Notes: generated by a model from the letters alone, not told the origin. A stretch of DNA of 64,000 nucleotides from Candidatus Veblenbacteria bacterium (GCA_037439965.1 JBBIVB010000001.1:31895-95894), one strand, 5' to 3'; numbered from the stretch's first letter, positions 49,141 to 59,971 are shown. Translations and numbers: made by a program.

Positions 49141-49209
49141 AGTTTCTGGATCCTAGTTTATAGTTCATAGTTCTTTTTTACTAGGAACTAATGGCTAGGA
49201 ACTAATAAA

Positions 49210-49764
49210 TTAAATGGTCATAATTTCTTTTTCTTTCGTCTCCCCTAATTTCTTAATCTGTTCGTTAAAATTATCTACTATTTTCTGCAATTCTTTTTGT
49301 GCACTAAATAACTGGTCTTCGGAGATTTCGCCGTCCTTTTCCTGATTTTTTAAATTTTTATTTATATCTTCCCTAATGTTTCTAATCTGCACTCTAGCTT
49401 TTTCCAAAATACCGTTCATTAATTTAATCAATTCTTTTCTGCGCTCTTCGGTTAATTGGGGTAAATTGACCCTGATTACCTGACCATCTACTTGAGGTGA
49501 TAAATCAAGCGAAGAGGTGGTGATGGCATTGGCTATATCTTTAATAATATTTTTATCCCAGGGTTGAATTAAAATCTGCCTAATTTCCGGGGTGGTAATA
49601 GAAGCCAATTCAATTAACTTAGTTTTAGTATCGTAAGCTTCTACTAAAATATTTTCCACTAAGCTAGGGCTAGCTCGACCGGTACGTAAAGCACCTAATT
49701 CTATCTTTAAATGCTCAATAGTCTTATTAAAACGTTCTTGATCAATACTAGGTATTTGACTCAT
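49210..49764 (-). CDS. frr: Ribosome recycling factor
   Basis: 184 aa with the typical RRF three-helix bundle sequence and conserved C-terminal EKEIMT-type end. Confidence 0.9.
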   Translation of the reverse strand: MSQIPSIDQERFNKTIEHLKIELGALRTGRASPSLVENILVEAYDTKTKLIELASITTPEIRQILIQPWDKNIIKDIANAITTSSLDLSPQVDGQVIRVNLPQLTEERRKELIKLMNGILEKARVQIRNIREDINKNLKNQEKDGEISEDQLFSAQKELQKIVDNFNEQIKKLGETKEKEIMTI

Positions 49765-49775
49765 AAATTTTAAAA

Positions 49776-50804
49776 TTACTTACTTACTCCTAAATACATA
49801 ACACGGGGGTCTTCTGGTTTTATTATCAAAGCGGTAGCAGATTTTTTAGAAGGGATAAACCGCGTAATCCAGGTTTGCCCTGCATCGTTAGAGTAATAAA
49901 TTAGATAACTAATAGCATAAAATATTTCTTTATTGTTTTGGGGGTTAATAGCTAGAGTATTAATTCCTACGGCACTAGGTGGGGTTACTAAATTCATTAA
50001 AGACCAGGTTTTACCACCATCAGTAGTCTTAAACATACCTACTTGCGTAACATAAATAAAACTATCAGTCTCCCCTGGTATAAAACTAAATTGCCTAAAA
50101 ACTCCTGGCCTGCTATTAACTTTTTTGATATTAGGTAATAAATCTTCCCAACTCTGTCCTCTATCAATACTGCGCCATAAAGCTTTGCTGGGCATAGCTA
50201 CGTATAACACACCTGATTTATTTTGAAAAATTCTGGTTACCTCCTTTTCAAAACGAAAAACAGCTTGCCAGCTAATACCTGCATCTAAACTTTTCAGCAT
50301 TGTTCCCTTACTAGTAGTAACATAAACAATATTCGGCGAGTCGATGTCTAAAATAACATCATTTAAACGAGTTTCTGGGGTGGCCTCGGTATAAAGAATT
50401 TGCCAATTCTCTCCTCCGTCTTCAGTTTTAAGTAAACGATTGCTGGCTGCTATATACACTACATCTTTTTTAAATGGATGCAAAGCTACGCTATTAATAG
50501 GCCCTTTATAATATTGCCGCCAATTTTCTCCTTCATCGGAAGTTACATAAAGGCCCGCACCTGCTGAAAAGAGATAGATTGTTTTACTATCCAAAGGTGA
50601 AAAAACTAAACGATGTACATTAACGTTATCTATAGTTATATCTTTATTCTTCGATTTTGCCACAAACGCTTTGTGTTGCCAAGTAATACCTGCGTCTTCA
50701 GAACGAAACACTCCGCCGTCAGAAGGGGTTTTGCTTGCATTAAAGCCGTAACTACAACCAAATAAAACTAATACTAAAGGAATTAAAAACCATATTTTTT
50801 TCAT
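49776..50804 (-). CDS. Lipoprotein with seven BNR (Sxx-D-x-G-x-[TS]-W) repeats, Ycf48/sialidase-like beta-propeller
   Basis: Lipobox LFGC. Repeats SEDAGITWQ, TSDEGENWR, TEDGGENWQ, SLDAGISWQ, SIDRGQSWE, TTDGGKTWS, SNDAGQTWI. Confidence 0.55.
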   Translation of the reverse strand: MKKIWFLIPLVLVLFGCSYGFNASKTPSDGGVFRSEDAGITWQHKAFVAKSKNKDITIDNVNVHRLVFSPLDSKTIYLFSAGAGLYVTSDEGENWRQYYKGPINSVALHPFKKDVVYIAASNRLLKTEDGGENWQILYTEATPETRLNDVILDIDSPNIVYVTTSKGTMLKSLDAGISWQAVFRFEKEVTRIFQNKSGVLYVAMPSKALWRSIDRGQSWEDLLPNIKKVNSRPGVFRQFSFIPGETDSFIYVTQVGMFKTTDGGKTWSLMNLVTPPSAVGINTLAINPQNNKEIFYAISYLIYYSNDAGQTWITRFIPSKKSATALIIKPEDPRVMYLGVSK

Positions 50805-50812
50805 AGGTAATT

Positions 50813-51751
50813 TTAGGATAAATTAATGAATAACCATTCAAAAGTTAATTTAATATTGCTATTAGCTTTGATTTTTTTAATTGCTTCATTTAATAATTTA
50901 ATTATTCTAACTAAATCAGATTCAGTGGTAAATGCTAGTAAACCCTTAAAATCTTCATATAAAGCGTAATACCTTATACGTTCAGATAAACCATACTTAT
51001 ATAATATCAAATCTCGTGCTACTTCCAAAAATACTCCTAATAAACCAAGTGCCTCATCTTGGGATAAAGATTCAAGGTTAATCTTAACCATGGCGCCTGA
51101 TGAAGCTTGTTTTCTTAAGATAACTAGAAATTCCCGAGCTTTCACTAACCTTCCCTGCCACTGCTCTTTGTTTTGCCAAACATCATAAGCCTGCCCTGGT
51201 ATTCCTTGGGCTAAATGTACCAATTCTTCAACTTGCGAAGCAGGAATTTTTAAATTTTTAAGCCATTGCTGCAAATCAACTGTTGACACAGGACCTAAAT
51301 TTATTAATTGACAGCGGGAAATTATAGTGGGTAATAAATTTTTGGCATGTTCGGTAATCAACAATATAACTCCTTTACCTAGAGGTTCCTCTAAAGTTTT
51401 AAGCAAGGCATTAGAAGCCTCCTCATTCATTCTTTCTGCTTCTTTAATTACCACTATCCGATAATTTTTATTCCAAGAATCAAGATGTAAAAAATCTATG
51501 GCTTGTCTAATTTGATCAATAAGAATTTCTTTTTTATCTTCTAGTCTAGCAAGCCAAAGTACATCTGACAATGATTTGTAATTAGTATCAGGGGGAAGAT
51601 TATTAAGCTGCTGAATAAAAAATTTAACCAAAGTGGTTTTACCTACACCCCTAGGCCCAGTAAACAAATAGGCATGTGCTAATTTCTTTTGTTCCACTAT
51701 TTGCTGCAAATACTTTTTAGCTAAATTGTGGCCAATAACTTGCTCTGACAT
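50813..51751 (-). CDS. holB: DNA polymerase III delta' subunit (clamp loader)
   Basis: AAA+ module with YLFTGPRGVGKTT Walker A variant and SRC-like motif, 312 aa. Confidence 0.65.
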   Translation of the reverse strand: MSEQVIGHNLAKKYLQQIVEQKKLAHAYLFTGPRGVGKTTLVKFFIQQLNNLPPDTNYKSLSDVLWLARLEDKKEILIDQIRQAIDFLHLDSWNKNYRIVVIKEAERMNEEASNALLKTLEEPLGKGVILLITEHAKNLLPTIISRCQLINLGPVSTVDLQQWLKNLKIPASQVEELVHLAQGIPGQAYDVWQNKEQWQGRLVKAREFLVILRKQASSGAMVKINLESLSQDEALGLLGVFLEVARDLILYKYGLSERIRYYALYEDFKGLLAFTTESDLVRIIKLLNEAIKKIKANSNIKLTFEWLFINLS

Positions 51752-51843
51752 AGTTTTAATATTGTTTCAGATTAGATCATGAAACAGGTTCAGAATGACA
51801 AACAATAAAGTCTTGGGGGTCTTAATTTTCTAGCTTCTATATT

Positions 51844-52935
51844 CTAACTTCCAGCTTCTAATCTTTCCAATACCTGCCAAGTAATGAAAGCTGTTTTATC
51901 CCAACCAAATTTCCGTAACCTTTCCTTACCCAAAGAAACTAATCTATTTCGTAAATCATTATCATTAATTATAATTTGCATCGCTCGCAGCCAAGCAGTT
52001 TCGTCATGTGAAGACACTAAAATTCCTGCCTCACCAACCACTTCAGGTAAAGCTCCTGCTTGAGCAGCTACTACAGGCACCCCAATTTTCCAAGCATCTA
52101 ATACTGGCAAACCAAATCCTTCTAAATTACTAGGAAATAATAATGCCTTAGCGCTAGCTAAATATTTGGCTAACTGTTGTTCTTCTAACCAACCAAGAAA
52201 TTTAACTTTATTGGTTAGTTGCAACTGTTTTAATTTTTTAAGCAAGCTCTCCCCTCCTCGTCCTAGAGAACCAACTAAATATAGCTTTATCTCATTAGTT
52301 CTATTTTGTTTGACAAAATTAGCATAAGCTTCAAATAACATACTTAAATTCTTTTTAGTTTCAACTCTGCCAATAACTAAAAAATAATCCTCGTTGATCT
52401 TTTGTTCTTGAGTTTCTGATAAAGTAGGGCCCAGAGGTGAAATGAAAATTTTATTTAGAGTAAAGGGATAATATTTTTCTAAATTATCTTTAGTATATTG
52501 AGATACAGTTAAAATAGCCCGAGCTTTATAAGCCGCCCACCAAGTAGTAAGCCGTAAATACCAGCGACTTTTAATACTATAAGATTCTGGAGAAAATTTC
52601 CAACTAACATCATGAATGGTAACTACTGAAGATATTTTAACAAAAAAAGGTAAAATATGGGAAGGAATAAAAAGTATATCTGGTTTATCTTGGTTCACTT
52701 GCCAAGCCAAACGTAATTGGCTCCATAAAAACTTTGGCGGCCATTTTAATATTTTAACTTGCCAATTATTTGGTAATTTTCCTAAGATGTCACCAATATC
52801 GCGACGAGAATACAACATCACCCCAACTTCGGCTGGAATAACTTTTATTAATTCTCTTATTAAACAATAACTATAATACTCTACACCGGTTTTGGCATAA
52901 GGTTCCAATCGCGAAGCATCAATAGCTAATTTCAT
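51844..52935 (-). CDS. Glycosyltransferase family 4
   Basis: FPSNLEGFGLPVLDAWKIGVPVVAAQAGALPEVVGEAGILV motif. Confidence 0.7.
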   Translation of the reverse strand: MKLAIDASRLEPYAKTGVEYYSYCLIRELIKVIPAEVGVMLYSRRDIGDILGKLPNNWQVKILKWPPKFLWSQLRLAWQVNQDKPDILFIPSHILPFFVKISSVVTIHDVSWKFSPESYSIKSRWYLRLTTWWAAYKARAILTVSQYTKDNLEKYYPFTLNKIFISPLGPTLSETQEQKINEDYFLVIGRVETKKNLSMLFEAYANFVKQNRTNEIKLYLVGSLGRGGESLLKKLKQLQLTNKVKFLGWLEEQQLAKYLASAKALLFPSNLEGFGLPVLDAWKIGVPVVAAQAGALPEVVGEAGILVSSHDETAWLRAMQIIINDNDLRNRLVSLGKERLRKFGWDKTAFITWQVLERLEAGS

Positions 52936-52937
52936 AA

Positions 52938-53945
52938 TTAACGCACGGATAAAATACTGCGTTTATATGATTCCAAATTATCCAAAGCAATGGCCGTACC
53001 TTTAGCCACACACAACATCGGTTCATCAGCAACATAAGCCGCCACTCCGGTTGCTTGACTAAACAATTTATCAATATTTCTTAATTGTGAAGTACCACCA
53101 GCTAATATCATACCCTTATCTATAACATCAGCTGACAATTCAGGTGGAGTTACTTGTAACACTGATTTTAATGCTTGAATAATACCCTCCAATTGACTTT
53201 GAATAGCATCAGTAATATCATCAGAAGTGATGGTGATAATTTTAGGTAAACCAGTTACCAAATCACGTCCTTTAACCTCCATGACTAACTTATCATCCAT
53301 ATACATAGCTGAACCAATTTTAATTTTTGCCTCCTCAGCCGTGCGTTCGCCAATTGCTAAGCCGTACTTTTTCTTAATAAAATCCATAATAGCGTAATCA
53401 ATCCTAGTACCGCCGATTCTAACTGAAGTATTAGCCACAATACCGCCTAGGGAAATTACCGCCACTTCGCTGGTACCACCGCCCATATCAACAATCATAT
53501 GGCCGGAAGCCGAACCAATTGGTATATTAGCGCCAATAGCTGCGGCAATCGGTTCTTTAATAATGTAAGCAGCTTTGGCTCCAGCCGCAATAGTAGCATC
53601 AATAACCGCGCGACGTTCAGTAGAAGTAATACCAGCCGGCACCGCGATCATCACCTCGGGTTTAAATATTCTTAAACCACCTAAAGCCTTGCTAATAAAA
53701 TAACGTAACATTGCTTCGGTGGTACGGTAATCAGCAATTACACCTTCTTTTAGTGGTCTAGAGGCTATAATCGTATCGGGCGTACGTCCTAACATCTCCC
53801 TGGCCTCATCACCTACTGCCAAAATTTTGTTATCCGCCACTGAAATAGCCACCACTGATGGCTCATTAATAACAATACCCCTGCCTGGTAAATGCACTAA
53901 AGTATAGGTCGTTCCTAAATCAATACCAATTTTTTTATTAAACAT
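52938..53945 (-). CDS. Second MreB-family actin homolog (MreB/Mbl-like paralog)
   Basis: IGIDLGTTYTLVHLPGRGIVINEPSVVAI phosphate-1 and GGGTSEVAVISLGG phosphate-2 motifs, 335 aa. Clearly homologous to, but diverged from, the mreB at 42358-43410. Confidence 0.8.
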   Translation of the reverse strand: MFNKKIGIDLGTTYTLVHLPGRGIVINEPSVVAISVADNKILAVGDEAREMLGRTPDTIIASRPLKEGVIADYRTTEAMLRYFISKALGGLRIFKPEVMIAVPAGITSTERRAVIDATIAAGAKAAYIIKEPIAAAIGANIPIGSASGHMIVDMGGGTSEVAVISLGGIVANTSVRIGGTRIDYAIMDFIKKKYGLAIGERTAEEAKIKIGSAMYMDDKLVMEVKGRDLVTGLPKIITITSDDITDAIQSQLEGIIQALKSVLQVTPPELSADVIDKGMILAGGTSQLRNIDKLFSQATGVAAYVADEPMLCVAKGTAIALDNLESYKRSILSVR

Positions 53946-53967
53946 AATCCCTTATATACGCGCGTTT

Positions 53968-53996
53968 ACTTTAACTAAAAAAACGCTTCACGTCAA
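53968..53996 (-). promoter_or_regulatory. Candidate promoter for the MreB paralog (TTGACG-17-TAAAGT on minus strand)
   Basis: The reverse complement of 53991-53996 is TTGACG; a 17-nt spacer follows; the reverse complement of 53968-53973 is TAAAGT. Confidence 0.3.
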
Positions 53997-54494
53997 CGCG
54001 CTTAAAATAAATAACAATAAAATTAGCGTAGTTTATTGAATTATAAAAATTGCCTGCCAAATAATTATCTATAATTTTTCTGCTATGAAAAATACGTTAC
54101 TAGGTAAATTTTTTAAATTAAACCACCGCCACTCCACTATCTTTTCTGACTCACAGGCCTTTAGTTCTCCATAAAAAGTTACACAATAAACCATGAGCGT
54201 TAGTGGTCATACATTACTTAAAGAAAATACTCGAACTATTTTAGCTACCAACGTTGTTTCCTCCTGAAATTCTCTTATTGCCGCCTGTTTAGAAGTTTCA
54301 CTAAAACGAATTTTGCCCATTTAAACCTAATAAAATTTTACTATCTTTTAAGACCATATTTTGGTAAACTATATAAATAGGCATATCCAGATGATACTCA
54401 AAAAGATAGAATGACATCTCCACGCATTAAAACTTTAAAATGTCTCGGTATAATCTCTAATTTAGCTTTATCTTTCCTCATAGAATCAAGTTGA

Positions 54495-55325
54495 TTATTT
54501 TTCTTCACTCGCCGGATGAGGCACTTGCAAACCCCATTTGTGGAAATATTTAAGCCAAGAGGTAATATGAATCCAAGTAGTTTTATTAAATAATCCCCAA
54601 AACGAGGCGCCGGCTGATTGACGTTGATGATAATGCACCATCGCAACATCAGCCACATAATAAACCTGCCAATCTTTTTGCCAAAAGCGCCGACACCAAT
54701 CAGTATCCTCTACATATAAAAAGTAACGTTCATCTAAAAATCCCACTTGCTCCAAGGCTTCTCGTCTGATAATCAAACAAGCGCCTAAAAGCCAATCCAC
54801 AGGACGATTGTCTTTATGGTCCCAATCTAACATTAAATAACGAGTTAAAGCTTTTTGAGCACGCGGCAAATAGCCTAAAGGTGTACGCCGAAAAATCGGC
54901 ATCCAGAAACGCGGAAAAGTATAAGCCGAAATTTGCACCGTACCGTCAGGATTAATTAATTTAGGTGCGGCAATGCCTACTTTAGGATGAGTATCCATAA
55001 AATCAATTAATTTATCTAAAGTATCTGGCATCACTGCTACATCAGGATTTAAAATCATCACATAATCACCTTGAGCTCTTTTTAATCCAAGATTATTACC
55101 AGCGGCATAACCACGATTTTCTTTTGCTACTAAAGTTATGACTTGCGGCCAATTGTTTTTAACTATTTCCAAACAATTATCATGTGAATTATTATCCACC
55201 ACAATAATTTCTAAAGGCACTTTACTAGGATTATTCAACACACCTTTAACACACTGCTTAACCAAACCAGCATTTTTATAATTTAAAATAATTAATGATA
55301 ATTTAGGCTTGTTCATAAAAACCAT
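54495..55325 (-). CDS. Glycosyltransferase family 2
   Basis: LSLIILNYKNAGLVKQCV...IIVVDNNSHD...ENRGYAAGNNLG GT-A motifs (DxD region), 276 aa. Confidence 0.7.
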   Translation of the reverse strand: MVFMNKPKLSLIILNYKNAGLVKQCVKGVLNNPSKVPLEIIVVDNNSHDNCLEIVKNNWPQVITLVAKENRGYAAGNNLGLKRAQGDYVMILNPDVAVMPDTLDKLIDFMDTHPKVGIAAPKLINPDGTVQISAYTFPRFWMPIFRRTPLGYLPRAQKALTRYLMLDWDHKDNRPVDWLLGACLIIRREALEQVGFLDERYFLYVEDTDWCRRFWQKDWQVYYVADVAMVHYHQRQSAGASFWGLFNKTTWIHITSWLKYFHKWGLQVPHPASEEK

Positions 55326-56395
55326 TTTCTAATTTCTTTACTAGTTATAATGCGTTGACTTTTACTTTGGCGTCGACGAGATAAAGTTTTAGGTGCGAGT
55401 TTAAAAAATTGGCCAAGAGATTTTATTAGCACGATTGGTTCAAATAGCAAACGATAAATAAATTTTTTGAATTCATACCATAAAATATATGGTAAATGCC
55501 TTATAAAATTATTAAGGTAATCATTTTTTAATAAAGTTAGCCAGTGATTGCGGCAAGAATAAACTCGCAAAAATGAAGGCCATTTGCGGCGACTTTGCCA
55601 AATAGATTTAAAACCATCACGTGGTGATAAGCTTCTATCATGCCAAGCTACGCCGCTGGTTACTAACCACGATTCCCAACCAGCCAACCGCAGACGCCAA
55701 GCTAAATCTACATCTTCTTTATAACTAACAAAACTTTCATCTAAAACCTCACCGTTCACACTAACTGATTCTAAAGCCAAGCGCCGATATAATGGCGCTG
55801 CACCATCTACACCAAAAACCTCTATCGCTTCTTTAAATTCATCTTGATTTACCTCGCCTTCCCGAAAGCGATAAACATAGCGACTTTTTTTAATAGCTAA
55901 TCCACCGCTATCAATAATGGCTTGCTTAAATTGGGGGGGCATAATTAAATGTTCATTAATATTTTCTCGCCAGCGAAAAATTTTACCTTGCACCGCGCCT
56001 ACTTGCGGCGAGGCTTCTAGACACTCTTTGAGTCGGAATAAATAATCATGATGTAAAACCACATCTTGATTTAAAAACATTACATAATCACTATTAGTCC
56101 ACTGCAATGCCTGATTATGCGCCCTACCAAAACCTAAATTTTTATTATTGCGCACTATCCTAGCATGCCTAGAAAGCGTTGGGTGTAAATATAAAAATTC
56201 GTCAATAATTTTACGTGAGTTATCTATTGAGGCGTTATCTATAATTAAGAGAAAAAAATCACGCTCTGTTTGGTTAATTAACCCAGTTAAACAATAGGGT
56301 AAATATATTTCCCCATTATAAACAATTAGGTGTACAGAAATTTTATAATCCGATTTATTGTTCATTACTTCCATTATGATAAAGATACAAACCAA
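55313..56395 (-). CDS. Glycosyltransferase family 2
   Basis: SVHLIVYNGEIYLPYCLTGL...LIIDNASIDNS...KNLGFGRAHNQAL motifs, 360 aa. Confidence 0.65.
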   Translation of the reverse strand: MVCIFIIMEVMNNKSDYKISVHLIVYNGEIYLPYCLTGLINQTERDFFLLIIDNASIDNSRKIIDEFLYLHPTLSRHARIVRNNKNLGFGRAHNQALQWTNSDYVMFLNQDVVLHHDYLFRLKECLEASPQVGAVQGKIFRWRENINEHLIMPPQFKQAIIDSGGLAIKKSRYVYRFREGEVNQDEFKEAIEVFGVDGAAPLYRRLALESVSVNGEVLDESFVSYKEDVDLAWRLRLAGWESWLVTSGVAWHDRSLSPRDGFKSIWQSRRKWPSFLRVYSCRNHWLTLLKNDYLNNFIRHLPYILWYEFKKFIYRLLFEPIVLIKSLGQFFKLAPKTLSRRRQSKSQRIITSKEIRKWFL

Positions 56396-57869
56396 TTACT
56401 AGCCAAGCACCAATTCCTAAAGGATGATTTAAATAAGGTGTGGTAATGTTAGTTATAGCTAAAGAGAACAAACACATTAATCCTAATAATAAAATTGGTG
56501 AGATATTTTTAAGTTGTCTTAAATTTTTTATTGCCAATTTAAAGAAAAAATATAAGTAAACCGTTAAAGCTAATAAACCAAACTTTAACCACATATCTAA
56601 ATAACCCCATTCAAAAGCATAAGTAGTATACCAAGATTGACCTACGATTGATTGGCTTACTATCATCGGATCAGTAGTAAGATAAGTAACGGTGGTACCA
56701 AAACCACTACCAAGCAACGCGTGCGGTGCAATTTTTTGCCACAATGGCGCTAAAAGCTGCAAACGAGCAATGCCAGCTGCTTCTCCTATACTTCCCGTTA
56801 AACGATCTATTAAAATATTTTGTCCAATATACGCTATGGGGCGAGGTAAAGGAAATTGTGCTACACCAAAATATAAACCTATAGCTATTGCGATTAAAAA
56901 TAAATTTACTAAAACACCTTTAATTAATCTTATAAAATTATGCCTAGATCTAGATAATAATAACCAGAGTAAAGCTACTAGCCAGGCCACTACAAATCCT
57001 AGCCAAAAACTGCGCGACAAACTAATAACCAAAGCTAATAGTTGAAAAATAATAAACAAACACAAATTTGTTTTAGTTTTTAAAAAAGTGGTAATTGATA
57101 AATTATCTTTAATAAAAATAAAGCAAATATATAGCAAACCTAATAAAGAGGATAGTAAAACAAAAATCTGCGATTGCGAAAATATTCTAAAAAACGGCCC
57201 ATAAAAATAACTAATTTCTCCAAATCCCGTATCTCTAAACCAATGATATAAAGGGCTAAGATCTAAAGAAGTAAAGTGGCTATAAAAGTAAAAAAAGATA
57301 ATAGTTTTGAAAGCTAAATAGCTAAGCGTTGGCCACAATACTAGCTTTAATTTATGCCAAAACTCCGACCAGCAAAGTAAAAGTGGCAAAAAGATAGCTA
57401 AATAAAAATAAGCATTTAAATCTAAAAACCAATCAGCAAAATTATTGTGCCAAAACCCTAAAATTGCAGCCCAAAGTATAGCCAAAATTGACAAAAGCCA
57501 AGCGTAAAATAATTTATGGTGTCGTAAATTTTGCCGCCAAGTTAAACCTGCCTCGGGTGATAATAACTTAATTACAAATACTGCCATTAGAATAAGAAAC
57601 CAAGCTATACGGATAGATATTTGTCCGCCATTCAAAGTTAAAAAGAATAAATAACCTTTAGAACCTAAGATTAATTCGGTAAAAAATACTACTAAGGCCA
57701 AAGGTAAGGAATTAAAACTTAAAATTAAAAATCCTGTCACTAATATTATAAAAATTACATTCCCTAATAATTGGTTTTGGAACGCCAGTAAAGATAATAA
57801 ATCGACTACTAAAAAAATCAAAGCAAACCACAAATATTTTTCTAATATTGTTTTGTTTCCAAATGCCAT
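56355..57869 (-). CDS. Polytopic membrane protein, O-antigen ligase/polymerase (Wzy)-like
   Basis: 504 aa with more than 10 TM helices and a larger external loop near the C-terminal third. Sits in a GT/flippase cluster. Confidence 0.4.
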   Translation of the reverse strand: MAFGNKTILEKYLWFALIFLVVDLLSLLAFQNQLLGNVIFIILVTGFLILSFNSLPLALVVFFTELILGSKGYLFFLTLNGGQISIRIAWFLILMAVFVIKLLSPEAGLTWRQNLRHHKLFYAWLLSILAILWAAILGFWHNNFADWFLDLNAYFYLAIFLPLLLCWSEFWHKLKLVLWPTLSYLAFKTIIFFYFYSHFTSLDLSPLYHWFRDTGFGEISYFYGPFFRIFSQSQIFVLLSSLLGLLYICFIFIKDNLSITTFLKTKTNLCLFIIFQLLALVISLSRSFWLGFVVAWLVALLWLLLSRSRHNFIRLIKGVLVNLFLIAIAIGLYFGVAQFPLPRPIAYIGQNILIDRLTGSIGEAAGIARLQLLAPLWQKIAPHALLGSGFGTTVTYLTTDPMIVSQSIVGQSWYTTYAFEWGYLDMWLKFGLLALTVYLYFFFKLAIKNLRQLKNISPILLLGLMCLFSLAITNITTPYLNHPLGIGAWLVIGLYLYHNGSNEQ

Positions 57870-58708
57870 AATTTAGAAATTAAATCTAAAATCCAAGCTT
57901 GCGTCAAGGCTACTAAACAACAAATTTTAATAATTAACCAAGTTAAAATAGAGTGGTGTTTGCGGAAAAAATAACTTACACTGTGGTTAAAAATCAGTTG
58001 ACGTTTAGTATGGCTTAACTGTCTAAAACTAGCTCCGGCTATATGGGTAGCAGTAACCTCTGGTACATACCAAATTTCCCAGTCAGTATCTTGAGCTCTT
58101 TTACAGTAATCTACTTCTTCAAACCATAAGAAGAAATTTTCATCCATCACACCAATATCTTTTATTAATTTACGATTGATAAAAAAATAAGCACCACTCA
58201 CCTGCTCTACTATTTGTATCTTTTCATAATCAAAATCCTGAGCAAGATAATTATTTAACAATCGTGGTAACAAATAACCTAACTTTAACAAAACTACAAC
58301 TTGCGAAAATAAAGTAGGCTGACGCCTAACTGATTTTTGAATACTGCCATTACTATTAAATAGCCTGCCGCCTACTATACCAGCTTTTTGGTGTTCTTTA
58401 AAAAATAAAATCGCCAGTTTCAAAGCACCTGGTTTTACTTCGGTATCAGGATTTAATAATAAAATAATCTCTTGAGTAGAGCGAATGATCCCTTGATTAA
58501 CTGCAGCAGCAAAACCAAAATTAATTTCCTTGGCTAATAAAATTACTTGGGGAAATTCTTGCCTTACTATCTGAGGGCTTCCATCTGCCGAATTATTATC
58601 CACTACTATAATTTCTTGCACCTCTTCGGCTAATAAAGATTTAAGACATAATCTTAATTTATCTTTTACATTCCAAGAAACTATGATAACTGAAATTGGT
58701 AACGCCAT
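57842..58708 (-). CDS. Glycosyltransferase family 2
   Basis: ISVIIVSWNVKDKLRLCLKSL...IIVVDNNSADGS GT-A motifs, 288 aa. Confidence 0.7.
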   Translation of the reverse strand: MALPISVIIVSWNVKDKLRLCLKSLLAEEVQEIIVVDNNSADGSPQIVRQEFPQVILLAKEINFGFAAAVNQGIIRSTQEIILLLNPDTEVKPGALKLAILFFKEHQKAGIVGGRLFNSNGSIQKSVRRQPTLFSQVVVLLKLGYLLPRLLNNYLAQDFDYEKIQIVEQVSGAYFFINRKLIKDIGVMDENFFLWFEEVDYCKRAQDTDWEIWYVPEVTATHIAGASFRQLSHTKRQLIFNHSVSYFFRKHHSILTWLIIKICCLVALTQAWILDLISKLWHLETKQY

Positions 58709-58712
58709 AAAA

Positions 58713-59966
58713 TTACAACTTAGCTAATATTTTATCCATCATAAAAGCTAAACGACTTTGCCAGCTTTGCTCACGAGCAAATTCTCTCCTTTGAAGTCTT
58801 AACTGCTCATTGTCCTGTGCCAACTCTTCAATTATTGCCTGATTAAATTTTTCTGCCGTATCAGCTATTTTAATCAAATTGCCCAATTTATCCGTACCAG
58901 CTGTGGGTGTAGTGACAACCGGTTTACCTAACGCCAAATATTCAAAAATTTTAAGCAAACTAGTGTATTTACCAAAATCATTAACTAAATGAGGCACTAT
59001 TGCCAAATCAAACTGATTGATATAAGAAGGAACTTCCTCGTAATGCTTTCGCCCTAAAAAATAAATATTATTATAAGCTCTTAATTTATCTTTTACCTGC
59101 TGTCTAAAATTGGCCCATACCGGACCTACCAGCACTATTGATTTTTTAGGATTTTCCCGAGCCAAATAAGCTATTAAATCCAAATCAATTCTATCCTGTT
59201 GGATAATACCCACATAACCAATAATCGGACGAGGCAGAGTAGCAATATCGCGATTAACTAATTTTGGTATTTGAGCAAACTCCTCCCAGCGCACGCCGTT
59301 AGGTAAGTAATAAATGTCCTGTCCACGCCCAAAAAATTTAACCAACTCTTCAGCAGTAGTAAAGATTAAATCGGCGTTCTTGGCAATATATTTATAATTA
59401 TTTTTTAAGCGTTCTTTAATTTTCTGATAAGCTGAATGCTCTAACCAATTATCCACTGCGTCAAAAACCTTAACACGTGCTGGTAAAATATCTAAATACT
59501 TGGTAAAAGTAGGCAGGTAAGACCAAATGATAATATTTTTCAAATTAAGTTTCTTAATCTGTCGGCGTAACTCAGCCATCATTAAATTTTCGCTAAAATA
59601 AGAAAGATAACTAGATAAAACAAATAATTTATAACTGACTTCTTGGGCAGAACCTGTAGTTTTAAAAATTGTTTTATTAATTTCCCAATTACTGATGGCA
59701 GTTACACGAGTATGTGGACACCAATGCATTAACTTACCTTGTGGTCCGCGCAAGATATTTTGTACTAATACTTTTACTGCTCTTTTTAAGGTAAAAGGCA
59801 GATAATCAATAGACACTATTTTACGAACATTGGGGTGATTTAATAAACCATGCAAAATATGGCTGTTACGATTAACAAAGCCGGACTGCCATTCGCTGTA
59901 GGCTGACATATTAAACATCACTATATCCACCTTGGCCGCTGTTTTTTTTGCATCAACACTAATCAT
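58713..59966 (-). CDS. Glycosyltransferase, GT-B fold (GT4-like)
   Basis: C-terminal ...LGRKHYEEVPSYINQFDLAIVPH...GKPVVTTPTAG resembles a GT4 nucleotide-sugar binding region. The family assignment is uncertain. Confidence 0.45.
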   Translation of the reverse strand: MISVDAKKTAAKVDIVMFNMSAYSEWQSGFVNRNSHILHGLLNHPNVRKIVSIDYLPFTLKRAVKVLVQNILRGPQGKLMHWCPHTRVTAISNWEINKTIFKTTGSAQEVSYKLFVLSSYLSYFSENLMMAELRRQIKKLNLKNIIIWSYLPTFTKYLDILPARVKVFDAVDNWLEHSAYQKIKERLKNNYKYIAKNADLIFTTAEELVKFFGRGQDIYYLPNGVRWEEFAQIPKLVNRDIATLPRPIIGYVGIIQQDRIDLDLIAYLARENPKKSIVLVGPVWANFRQQVKDKLRAYNNIYFLGRKHYEEVPSYINQFDLAIVPHLVNDFGKYTSLLKIFEYLALGKPVVTTPTAGTDKLGNLIKIADTAEKFNQAIIEELAQDNEQLRLQRREFAREQSWQSRLAFMMDKILAKL

Positions 59967-59971
59967 ATATT

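Noticed and set aside
49141-49209. Direct and inverted short repeats (ctaggaactaat x2, agttcatagttc) between frr and rseP as a regulatory element
   Set aside because: They are too short and loose to distinguish from chance in AT-rich spacer. There is no supporting promoter geometry.
54398-54658. 86-aa minus-strand ORF overlapping the GT2 gene 54495-55325
   Set aside because: It overlaps the GT2 gene's C-terminal codons out of frame and extends into the non-coding gap. It has no motif support.
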